Of a stretch of 64,000 nt of DNA, positions 37,947-48,432 are shown in pieces (positions within the stretch are counted from its first letter, which is position 1; each line of letters starts with the position of its first letter). Source of the stretch: Macrostomum lignano (Eukaryota); the NCBI GenBank assembly GCA_002269645.1, contig NIVC01000070.1, positions 186,001 to 250,000 on the forward strand, written 5' to 3'. The notes beneath the pieces are model-generated. The model had not been told where the DNA came from. It saw only the letters and a list, made by a program, of their open reading frames with translations, and ran no database searches. The position numbers and the translations under genes were made by a program.

Positions 37947-38354
37947 TTATGAAACACCGGGAAAGCCAAGAATAATTTCCTTGTAGGTCTTTCATGTTTT
38001 GGTCATTGCATACAAAACAGTCATGCACAGCTCACCGCAAATATCACTGCTAAGACCTTGGAGAATAAAGTCTGAGTGGTAAATTTTTTTGTTATTTTTT
38101 CCCTTCATATAATTTCTTAGCTCTTCTGGTACTGCCGTCCCATAGCTATCGAAGTAATAACACTTGTGCTTGCGATCGGGATCAATCACCCAGCAAACCC
38201 AATGAGATCCTGGCTTATCGGCGGTGTCAAAGTTCATGATGCCGCATTCCTTTCTTAGAGGAAAATCAGGCAGAGTGTCCCTCATAAATATTCCTCTAAA
38301 GTTTGGGATTTCCAGTTCGTTAGCCAAATCTTCAAGAAAGTTATTTGTCGTCAT
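37947..38354 (-). pseudogene. Adenain-like cysteine protease (premature TGA at 37992-37994 near the C-terminus)
   Basis: GSHW, YFDSYG and LQ....DICGELC supply the His/Asp/Gln/Cys residues. The frame continues past the TGA as KTYKEIILGF. Confidence 0.88.
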
Positions 38355-38447
38355 TTTTTATGAGGTTTATTAAACTTTCTCTTAAACCTAAACCTAATCT
38401 CAACCTTCTAAACCTAATCACCAGTGCACGAACCTAATCTCCACCTC

Positions 38448-41400
38448 CTAAACCCAATCTCCTAAACCTAATCTCCAGTGCCCGAACGGTAGACTGTTGA
38501 TATTGTCATCAAAAATGAATCTCTTGTTATCTGCACCTGACAATCCAATCTTCTTTTGCTGAATTGTGTGAATAATATGGTTTTTCGATTGTAGCTTTGA
38601 GAACTCATGTGATGTCTTTTTGTTGCAATTCAAGGCGTCTCTGTATTCAGCTTCATTAATTTCCTTCCTAACGACGCGTTTCGGAATTCCCTTTGATTTT
38701 TTTATTGGGTCTGACGACTCACATTTTACAAAATATGACTTTGCTCTCAACCCAATGAATTCAGTGATTATGTCACCAGCAATCTCACCCTTCATTTTCC
38801 CAATCACTTTCTTGTTAGTAGCGTCAAACACTTGATCGCCATTCTGTGTCCTGAAAGATTTATCATACTCAGACAAGTCAAACAAATCTTTTTGCTGCAG
38901 CATGTCCTGATAAATGTCTTCTGTTTGAATGTCCATAATAAAACTGTCTGTGTCAGTGTACAAGAGTTTCATTTTATCCTTGTACTGCTGCTTCATGCCA
39001 TAGAAGAACTGGTACATCAGACGTTTTGATTCGTCGAGAACAGTGACACCTGTATAGATCGGCTTGCGCAGCGTCACCTTGGTTTTGTAAAATATGATCA
39101 CACCTAAGTAGCTATTAAAGATATGGAGTTCTTTGAATGTTGGCTTTGACATATTTGCCTGAATAACAGCAGGCTCTGATGAGGTAACAAGTTTCAGGTT
39201 TGTTCTTTTCCTCTCATTCTCAAGAGTCTTGCCATAGACAGAGTTGTTGGCCAACTTAAAGAGGTTCTTGTCAAAGTCGTTGGTTGCTTTGGTCCTAAAC
39301 TGGGTGTTCTTATCAATGTAGGGTTTCATCCACGCTTCCTCTGTAAATGTAAGAGCCCTGTGAACTTTGGTGACCCTGCAACCAAGTGAGATAAAATACT
39401 GAAGCAGTTTGTAATGGATTTTGTAACGTGTCTTGTTGTTTAGATTCTGTGTTAGTTTCTCTGTATGTTCTTTTTCTGTTCCTGACAGGTGCCAAGTTCC
39501 ATTATTATCATTGGGAGTTTCGATTATTTTCGGGCACTTGATGTTCTCTGGGAAGGGTGGAAAGTCAGAGAAATAGTCGTGAAGCTCTGGTGGAATGTAA
39601 ACATCAACCTCATAAATGGCAGCCAATGAAAAGTCCCATTTGAATTCTGATGAGGGTAGCCATCGAAAATCTCTAACTGGAAGATCTTGACTCATCGCCC
39701 ACCCGTAGAGATTATTAGCGTCCAAGTAAGTAATGTAGTTTGAGGGCTCCTTATTGTAAGATCAATGTAGGGATTGTTTGCTTTTGCATACCTGTTAACA
39801 CAAATTGAGATTCCCCCTCGCTTTGACGATTCGACAAAATTGTACATGTCAATGTCTGTAAGAAGTTCAATGTACCAATCTGGATCTTGATCCCATTTCA
39901 TTTTAAGCAAAGATTCCCAGCTAGTGGCAGGCAGAGACACATAATGTGCTGGATCGAGGCCATATGCTGTGTACCAGGTGTATCTGAAGTTTCAAACACA
40001 TCGGCCAGCAGAAACACATCTGTGTAGAGGTAAAGCAGGTGATACTGGAAGAAGTTTTGACAATTAAAGTAATTATAGACATGCTTCGCGTGCTCATAGT
40101 CTTTGTCAGAGATTCCAGAGTCTGTTAGCTTTGAAAAGAACTTTTCTTGTGGTGGTAAACCTTCTTCAAATACGTGATACCAGTAATATTTTCATAGGGG
40201 TAGAAGCCTTTATTTCTTAAAAGTTTAAATGATTCATCAGTGTTGTTAATTTTACTTGCAAACATCTTTGTATATGTACATTGTTCATCTTTTAGATTCT
40301 TGCTTAGTTCGTCTAGACTGGCAGCTAGAAATTGATATGAATCCTTCAGTCTTATCTTACCTGTACCCGAATTATCCTGTTTAATATCAACACACTTAAA
40401 CTTCTCCTTGTTCTCTGCGATGCAGTCAAGGTGTATGTCTGGAATCATGCCGATTTTTTCAACTATTAAATGCATGTCATAGTTCTTTGCGTTGTGACAA
40501 AATATCGTTAGATCATGAATGTTCGATTTTAGCTTTAAATTACAGGTGTTATGCGCTGCACCTCTAAATTTCCCAGTATAGTGGCAGTGGTCCCTAACGG
40601 TGGGGTTTTTAAATCAGTGCAAGTTAACTGTTTCCTGCAGATGTGGCAATGAGTTGCTGATAGGAAATTGCTTTCATCCTCCTCAGTCATCATTATTGGA
40701 ACAGGTTGAAGGGTGCTAATCACTCTTTGCAACTCTAACATTCTGGCAATAAACTGCTCCACACACTGCTCTCCAAAGAAATAATTAGACTCAACAAGTC
40801 CTTCTGTATTAATAAAGGCATATGCTACTGAAATGTTGACATGTTTTTGAGTTTGAGTTTGTTTTTGAGTTTCCGGCACGATTGAGCATTCGAAATCAGC
40901 ATATACAACAAATGGGAGCTTCTCTATCTTGTGATAGTTCTTAAACCGGAGATACTTCTCTTCAGCTGAAGGAAGAGAGCAGTTTGTTGGGTGATCCTCG
41001 CATGATAATTCATGCTCTGCTAGTTTTTCAAAGCGTCAGGCCACTGTAATGCTTAAGGCACAAGCGGCAGATGGCAACAGCCTCGTGATGATTATTCAAT
41101 GCTTGTGAATGAGTCTTGAAAGATCTTTAATCCAAACATAGTGAGCCTCCTCTAGTAAATTACCAATCACTAGAAGATCCACTTCAGTCCGCCTTTTCCC
41201 CTCGGATCTAAAACGTCTTTGCTACATCTGACCGGTTGAACTTTCTCAGTTTTTTCACTCCACTCAAAGACTGTGATTCTAATTTTGTTATTAAACACTT
41301 CTTCTAGCTTTGGGATCTGAGAGATCGCCAAGCCTCCTTTGTCAAACCTGATTCCCTTCTTTTCGCATTCGATGAGATAGTAGTTGAAATAATTTTGATA

Positions 41401-42272
41401 ATTTGAGGTTCTTTCGGGGTGGTGAGGGACACTATCATGAAGAAGTGCAGAAAGAACTGCCCATAGAGCACAGCAATTGTCTTTATTTTTAACATTTATG
41501 CAAGCTTTTTTACCGGCTAGCTTATGCGGGAGCTCTATATAAGAGGAGGCTTTAAGTGGGTCATATTTCATGACCATGACAGTCGCTCTTTGAATCCCTC
41601 CACGACCCATCCGGAACCTCTGGATGTAAACGCTTCAATTTTCTTAGTGACATCTTGAAGGAATGGATCCAGTGTGTCTGTAGGGGTGAATGGCTTTGCC
41701 TTTGTTGTCATGTAATACTCGAGATGCTCAGTAGGTTTTGCAGGCATATAAAACGCAATCTTGAATGATATCTGTAGTTTAAAGGTCTTGCGTGTTTTGA
41801 GTGTGTGATCAACAACTGATTGGATGCTTTCTTTATAGTCGTAGATGTTTGCGGTGGTATCCTTAATTGGGATTGTGTACTCTATGTAATGTTCTGTAAA
41901 CTTCCTCTGTGCAAAATTAATCTCTTCAATGGCAAGCTCCGACTCTTTTAAATGGATTAATTGCTCTAATTTCTCTTGTTCCTGCTTATTTTGTGGGTAC
42001 TTTGCTTTTTCACCAGTGAGAGTTTCGTATTTGTTAACTAAGTTGCGACTCCTCTCTTGGTGTTCCTTTGCAGGATTTTGTATAGGCGCAGACTGGTTGG
42101 ATTCTAATTGATTGATGATTTCCAACTGTTTTTCATAGCTTCCCAGGTGACCAGGGTCTGTGTTAAACGTTTGTTTACATGCTTCTCTTAGTAAATTACT
42201 TTCGTCTTGAAATGAGACGCCTTTTGAAAAATATTTGTTGACTAAATCTCTTGCTGGATTGGCTTTTGGCAT
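38448..42272 (-). pseudogene. polB: Protein-primed family B DNA polymerase, split by ~7 frameshifts
   Basis: DANNLYG, KLANNSVYGK and YTDTDS polymerase motifs; YADFEC, HNAKNYD and KDSYQFL exonuclease motifs; RGGIS, KGFYPYE; DHCHYTGKFRGAAHNTCN zinc finger; N-terminal GSGW. Confidence 0.93.
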
Positions 42273-42396
42273 TTTTTTCTCTAAAATATAAAATAATTTT
42301 GAGGGTTACCACCCTGATAGAAAAGTTGAACTGTTTCTACATCCTATAAGTAGTGTTAGGTTTATGAAGCTGGATAAAGTGGGGTTTTAAGCCTCA

Positions 42397-42852
42397 TCAC
42401 ATCCGCATTATTGTAAACCCAGCATTGTGCAGTGTCATGATGGCTTTGACAATGTCAGACTTGCTTACAGAATTTTCATGCTCACAATCATCACGATCAT
42501 CAAAATCAGGGCACCCATCTCCTGCCTTAATTGTTATACCTTTGTCTCTTGCAATCTTTTGTAATTCTAGCTGGTGGGCTCTATCATTCCCAGCTTTAAC
42601 AGCAGTTGCTACACCTCCAGCTACACCACCTGCGGCACTTACAGCGCCTGCAATAATTGGGATAAGAGCTGCTAATGGTAGGATTCCTCCTGGCTTTTCA
42701 TCTGTGATGCTGAGTCTTTGTTCATTACATTGAACTATTTGCTGCACGGGATCGACTTTTACTTTGATACCTTTAATTGATATAAGACCTGGTTTCTTTG
42801 ATTCAATGATTTTATTGAGTTTATTGATGGTTCTGGTTTCAATCTTTGTCAT
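42397..42852 (-). CDS. Adenovirus protein X (pX/Mu precursor)-like protein
   Basis: GGILPLAALIPIIAGAVSAAGGVAGGVATAV resembles the GGILPLLIPLIAAAIGAVPGIASVAL C-terminus of adenovirus pX. Confidence 0.6.
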   Translation of the reverse strand: MTKIETRTINKLNKIIESKKPGLISIKGIKVKVDPVQQIVQCNEQRLSITDEKPGGILPLAALIPIIAGAVSAAGGVAGGVATAVKAGNDRAHQLELQKIARDKGITIKAGDGCPDFDDRDDCEHENSVSKSDIVKAIMTLHNAGFTIMRM

Positions 42853-42869
42853 TTTTTTATTGTAATATT

Positions 42870-43865
42870 TTAATTAATTTCTGTGTCAGCTGGTATCACT
42901 AGGAGTTCAGCTCTAGTGAATGACCGCGTGGGGGATTTAGGGTTAAAGGCCTGAGATAAAAAGTAATATTCTCCAGAGTCGGAGGTAAAATGTCTGTCTA
43001 TTTTATGTACATCAAGGCTGAAGTATGGATCTGTAGCTCTTCTTTTGGTGTCTTTCTCTAGCTCTCCAGGTAGATATAAAAAGCGTAGAAACTCAGAGTT
43101 TGTCAGTATGTATGGTGATTCAACTCTTGGAAGCTTAGGGTAGTTCGAGGTGTCTGTTCTATGAGATGACTTAAGTTCGACAGTGTCTTGTTTAATTGCA
43201 TGGGATGGTTTCAATCCAGTCATGCGTGTGACTTCATTGTTCAGTTGCTCTATAACAGTGGGGAGCCGGTCTGACCACTTGGTATAGTACTGACCACTTT
43301 TTAGTTTCAGCTCTTCAGCTGTCTGCTTAGTGAATAGCCTCTTGGCTAGAGTTAGATTGAATCTTTCCACAAAAGCCTGGTCTCTGTGGAGCTCAGTTCT
43401 GCCATAGCGAATCTCTGTATTTTTCTTTTCCATAAGTGATTTCACTGCACCCATGAATTCTTTACCAGGGTCCGTCATAAAGATTTCAGGGTAACTAAGG
43501 GGTGAGTTTTTATAAATATCTTGGAGGGCGGCTGCAACTGCTTCTGACTTCTTCGTCTTGAGTGGGCGAGCTTCCTTATATCTGGAAGCAACGTCTATAA
43601 TTGTGAGAGCATACTTGTAGCCCGAGTCATTGGGGAGAAACAGAAGATCTGCTTGGTGCGCCTCATTAGGTTTATAAATACTGAAATGGGGCCTTTCAAA
43701 TTTTACTGGTGGGAAATAGACTTGAAAGACAGCCTGCTTAGTGAGCCACTTTTCTACTGTAGCTTTTGGTTCCTTACTCAGCTCCATGAGTTTACTAACG
43801 GCATTTTTGCCTACAAAGAATCCTTTGTCGCTGTAGTAGAGTTTTTTAAGTTTTTGATCTGTCAT
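42870..43865 (-). CDS. Polinton retroviral-type (rve) DDE integrase, intact ORF
   Basis: QADL, IDVASRY, MTDPGKEF, AFVERFN; 331 aa uninterrupted. Confidence 0.93.
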   Translation of the reverse strand: MTDQKLKKLYYSDKGFFVGKNAVSKLMELSKEPKATVEKWLTKQAVFQVYFPPVKFERPHFSIYKPNEAHQADLLFLPNDSGYKYALTIIDVASRYKEARPLKTKKSEAVAAALQDIYKNSPLSYPEIFMTDPGKEFMGAVKSLMEKKNTEIRYGRTELHRDQAFVERFNLTLAKRLFTKQTAEELKLKSGQYYTKWSDRLPTVIEQLNNEVTRMTGLKPSHAIKQDTVELKSSHRTDTSNYPKLPRVESPYILTNSEFLRFLYLPGELEKDTKRRATDPYFSLDVHKIDRHFTSDSGEYYFLSQAFNPKSPTRSFTRAELLVIPADTEIN

Positions 43866-43895
43866 TTATTTAAAAAGAAAATTTTAAATAAAATA

Positions 43896-44408
43896 ATGCA
43901 GCGTTCTGGTGGTAAAATAGATTCACATGGACTGATAGAAAATCTTCCTCATCCAAACAAAGGCTGGACACTTACCGGCTATAAATATTGCGGGCCTTTG
44001 AATCCACTTGAAATTCAGTTGGATAAAAACAATAATCCAAATCCTGGGCATGAGCCTGTGAACGAGCTAGACTCTGTCTGCATGTGGCATGACGTTAAAT
44101 ATAGAGATTTTCCTGAGGAGAAGAATCGCTGGGACAAAGAAATGCTTAGGAGACTAGACAATATAGGGGCTTCAAGCGGGTGGAAGGAATCGATCGCTCG
44201 GAAGCTAGTTAAAGCTGTTATTTTTAGTAAGGCAAAGTTGGGATTAGGAATGGACGCTGAGGGTGGGTGCACAGGGAGAGAGGGCGGTTGCACGGGGTGC
44301 TCGGGAGCAGGGTTTATTTTGTGCGCTCCTAACAATGAATTGAGAAGGCTCTTGAAAGATATGGGGGTAGAGAGAGCGCGCGTGGGGGGAGAGAGATTTT
44401 CACTTTAA
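43896..44408 (+). CDS. Parvovirus-type phospholipase A2 domain protein
   Basis: GYKYCGPLN (Ca-binding loop) and ELDSVCMWHDVKY (HDxxY). The likely start is the A-rich ATG at 43896, not 43653. Confidence 0.85.
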   Translation: MQRSGGKIDSHGLIENLPHPNKGWTLTGYKYCGPLNPLEIQLDKNNNPNPGHEPVNELDSVCMWHDVKYRDFPEEKNRWDKEMLRRLDNIGASSGWKESIARKLVKAVIFSKAKLGLGMDAEGGCTGREGGCTGCSGAGFILCAPNNELRRLLKDMGVERARVGGERFSL

Positions 44409-44546
44409 CTGAGCCCAGCCGAGGAAGAATTCCGTCTCGAGGGAAGGCCAGAATGCAAAGGATTTCGGCCTCGCGCAAGGCCAAAATGAAAAGGATTTTG
44501 GCCTCGGGCGAGGCCAAAATGAAAACGATTTTGGCCTTTCAGTTTT

Positions 44547-44789
44547 TTAACGCAATTGCTTAATGATTTCTGCAAAGTTATAGTAGCTGTCGTAATCTTT
44601 TACATACATTACTCCATACTTATGAAACCAGTGTCTTTGGAGAGCTAGATTAATATTAGGGACATTGATATCAACGTCGGGCCAATATTTTCTCATGTAC
44701 TCGCTGCATTCTAGTTTGCATCGGTACTTGGATTTGTACAATGGATGAGGCTGAGTATAATAGGAACCTGGAGAGACAACTGGAAACAT
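44547..44789 (-). CDS. Small Tyr-rich Polinton ORF of unknown function
   Basis: 80 aa with the same TAAAAATG start context as the other element genes; adjacent to the right TIR. Confidence 0.4.
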   Translation of the reverse strand: MFPVVSPGSYYTQPHPLYKSKYRCKLECSEYMRKYWPDVDINVPNINLALQRHWFHKYGVMYVKDYDSYYNFAEIIKQLR

Positions 44790-44807
44790 TTTTATTGAGA
44801 ATTTAAT

Positions 44808-45264
44808 TTTTTTTCAAAGGGTAAGGACCCTGCGCTGATAATTTAAAGTCTTAGGGATCTGGTTTCGCGTTGCGGATTGAATGTGGGCCCCATGGGGAGA
44901 AGAATGCAGATTATTTTCTGATTGTTTCGAAGATGCTATGGGTGGATGTCAGTGGATTATGTCTGTGTCAGTGAGCATAACAGGTGTTAGTGGACACCTG
45001 TTATGCTCTGATTCTGTCAGGGATAATATGGATGGATTTAATAGGATTATGTTCGAAGTTTTCGGAGCAAGTGCGACCCCTACCCCTTTTTTTCTGATTC
45101 TGTCAGGGATAATGTGGATGGATTTAGGTGGATTATGGAGGACGTTTTGTAGCGAGTGCGACCCCCCCTTTTTCTGATTCTGTCAGGGATAATATAGATG
45201 GATTTAATGGGATTATGGAGGAGGTGAAAAATTTTGTCCCAGAAGCCCCCTCATGCCTTCTACT
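44808..45264 (-). repeat. Right terminal inverted repeat of the Polinton
   Basis: Inverted copy of 28728-29184, ending CTACT followed by the TSD TCCCTG. Confidence 0.95.
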
Positions 45265-45511
45265 TCCCTGGTTAGTCGTTTCAAAGCTTTGAATTGGATC
45301 TTATTCAAAGAACGCATTCTTGCTCTGGTTACAACTAGAAAACGGGGAAACGAGATGTATGTGACTGTCCTTTGATAAAACTGAAAATTTGCTGTCTCGA
45401 TTATTTCTAGGTTTGTAGGCTTACGCTCGTAGCATCTCTGCTTTTGTTGTTCATAATGTATAAAATTTGTTAAAATATTCAGAACATTTTTAAATAAAAT
45501 TTTAAACTTAC

Positions 45512-48432
45512 TTAGCTTGATAAAGTTATAATGAAGTCGAAAGCCGAGACCTGAGTTCTCGCCATCTGTAGAAAATGCTATGCGGATAGCACGTCGATAA
45601 GATTGATACCCCGAAGGCGAAGGCGACTTGCCGAAACGGAGGTATGCGAGTACTGTTGCAGGTCCTCCCATATCTCGAACGAGGACGACGTCACCGTGCC
45701 TTACATTATAATAGGAAAACCAGAACCGAACGTGATGATCAGGCGGTGCCGTAATGTACCAAACGCACTGTGCATTGTTCCAATAATAGGATACTCCGAC
45801 GCCACTGTGGCTTACTAATTCACCTGTGCTGTTAGTAAAGTTGCGATTGTCTGGGCAGTCTGAAATTTACACAAATATTTTTATTGAATGAACCCAGCAA
45901 AAAACGAAATAACAATCTTTTACTTTCAAAATTACTGTAAAGTCCGGTTGTGATGAACATTTTTTATTACTTTTTTGAATAATACAGACCATCCCACAGC
46001 GTTACAAATACATTAACCACTGCTACATGTTCCTCTTACATCTCATGTTGCTACTGAGGGCTTATGATGTATTTATCGATTACTTATCTCGAATTATGGA
46101 TGGCTGGCAATACTTATGCTTACCTCACATTTCAAAATTTCACAGATCACAAAGCGACTGAAATTCGCTAAAACTGTGGTCACAAAACATCCAGCAAGAC
46201 GCTAACAAACAATAGGCTAAATTGGCACTAATTCTAACTAATTAATAATGGAGTCTCATGATAGAACTCACAGTTTTGTAATTCAAACTTGATTTGAAAA
46301 CCCGTGGACTCATAAGCTCCATTGGAACGAAATCTGATGCTGAAGTTGCCATCCACCTGAAGTGTCATGTCAGTGACAGCTCTCCATCCGCACAAATTCA
46401 CATTAGAACTGCCACCTGTCACTGACGCTGTGCCTTGATTTACAGACAGACAATCTCCATTTCCGAGAGACACGTTGCCAACGTAGAGCTGGTAAAACTT
46501 TCGGGACACCGATGGCAAGGTCCAGTTGCAATACATGCTTGCGGCGTATAAACTGTTTTGATCGTAGCCGGGGTGGCTGACAATCATTCCGGAAGAGCTG
46601 GAAGCGTCATCAAACGTGACTGATCCGCACGCGCTGCTGTTAGCTGGTGAAATATGATTAAGGAAGAAGAGATTTATGCCAATTATTCAAAGTTAACAAA
46701 ATAAAACCGATATCGTTAATGCACCCTTCTAATCGCAACTATATGATATTATGATCCAATTATTCACAATAATTTACAGATGTCTTCGATCAGGGGCGAT
46801 TTTATGGTAGGGAGGGGACAGAACCAAGAACTCGCATAGAAAAATTCCTACTTTATTTTGGGAATCAGTCTTGTTAGCACTCATTTTAGATATTTTAGGG
46901 CTCTGCAGTAAAATTATTGATTTCCATAACGGTTAGCAAAGTTGGGCGGGAGGACAAAGCGCTGTCCCCTCGCTGTACCCTCCATCGTCGGCGATGCACC
47001 TTTCTGCGAGAATTATTCAGACTAACAAAATAATAAAAGCCGAGATAATGCCCTCTAATCGCAAGTACATGTATATGCTAATACGGTATAATCCAATTAT
47101 ACAACTGGATAACACAGGCAACTAACCTGATACGGTGGCATTGTACTCTAAACGAAATCCTTTTCTGGCGAATTGGCTGTTTGAATAAAAATTCACTGTC
47201 AGAATATTTGCGGATGAAACGAATCTCGGCGACTCGTAGTCTACTGAGTCATTCGCGCTAACGACTGCAATTTCGGCTGACGTTGTCAGGCCGTCGTACA
47301 GAGTCACTCTGTCGTTTGGCGACTCGAGATCCATGTAGGTGAACCGGACTATGACTCTTTTGCCAGGTGGCGCATCGAGCTGCCAGTAGCACTGCGAGTT
47401 GCTGCTGTAGTTTGTTGTGCCGACTCCGCTGTGGCTGGCGATTTCGCCACCGGCCTCAGCTGACAGCCGCTGGAGCCCGCCGCTGCAGTCTGCGCAATGA
47501 TTGGTCCCGTTAGTCAAGGACTAATGGCTTATTGATGCTACTAGATTGAGACTACTAGAAGGTAAGATAAAAATATGTAAAATACAAAATTTAAATTCAT
47601 ACCTCAGTTTTGTAATATAACAAAAACAATCAGTGACCATCCCATTGTGCGAAAGACCGGTTCTCAACATCTAATTTTAGAACTTCCAAATATGGTAAAT
47701 GTTAACCTCAAAATGACCTTAGTCTCACCCTTTCTATTCAAAAACCCCATCTGTCAAATGAAAAAATCCTTTCGTGACCTCATAAAAAACTCGGTTTAGG
47801 CCAAAACCGGCTTAAAATTGTATATAAAATACAAGCCAAAATCCGAACCGAAATCCCAGACTCGGATCAGCCTTAAGAGAACTTGAGACTTATCAAGAAC
47901 TACGAGGCTGCATCTCTGAGAGAGTGCATACCGATAGATAAGGGTTTGTTGAAGTCACACTTATTTGATTAGTGAGAGCTAAGACATTACCGGTCGTGAC
48001 GTGACTGATCAGTTGATTTCTGTTGATATATTGAATTAAAGGCCTCCATATTCCTAAGGGATTGGATAGGATCCATTTGGACCGATTCCGATACTCTAAG
48101 GCTATTATTGATTTGATTGGCTTTTGGTACCCTCGAGTAACCCTCGAGTCTGGAAATGGGAGTTCGTGCGTTTGACGTTATTCTCTCTTTCTCTTCCCTT
48201 TCTAGTGTGCTAAAGCTATCTCTTAATGAGTAACCTCAAAGCAAATTTCAAGAGCTAAAGTATATTAACCACAGTGATGAAAATGCACAAGTCAAAACTA
48301 AGAAAATTTTTGTTATAAAATGCGAGTTATCAGCAGAAAACATGAGTAACTTACAGGCAGTTTGACTGCTGCACATTGGCAGGAAAGTCAACAAGGCACA
48401 AGCAACGAAGCCAAGCTGCCAAAGTAGTTTTT
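45512..48432 (-). CDS. Multi-CUB gene 3, 5' part: signal-peptide exon plus three CUB exons
   Basis: Exons 48432-48355 (KLLWQLGFVACALLTFLPMCSS), 47489-47127, 46643-46272 and 45859-45512. All are GT-AG, phase 1, with lengths divisible by 3, and show CUB C...CxW...YDG...F..D...GF patterns. Continues at 28503. Start codon exon not found. Confidence 0.82.

Larger units (their letters stand above)
28728..45264. mobile_element. Polinton/Maverick (adintovirus-like endogenous virus), defective
   Basis: ~457-bp TIRs, termini AGTAG...CTACT, 6-bp TSD TCCCTG at 28722-28727 and 45265-45270. Encodes pPolB, rve integrase, ATPase, adenain-like protease, minor capsid and a PLA2 protein. Confidence 0.96.

Noticed and set aside
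38380-38480. Telomere-like (CCTAA/CCTAAA) tract at the end of polB
   Set aside because: Short, degenerate and interspersed with other sequence. It partly encodes the polB C-terminus, so low-complexity slippage is more likely.
43653-43895. N-terminal extension of the PLA2 ORF
   Set aside because: Overlaps the integrase antisense. The A-rich ATG at 43896 fits the element's start pattern.
47634-48273. Possible solo LTR (TG...CA with TATATAAA at ~47821)
   Set aside because: No consistent 4-6 bp TSD with TG/CA ends; cannot be supported without a repeat search.
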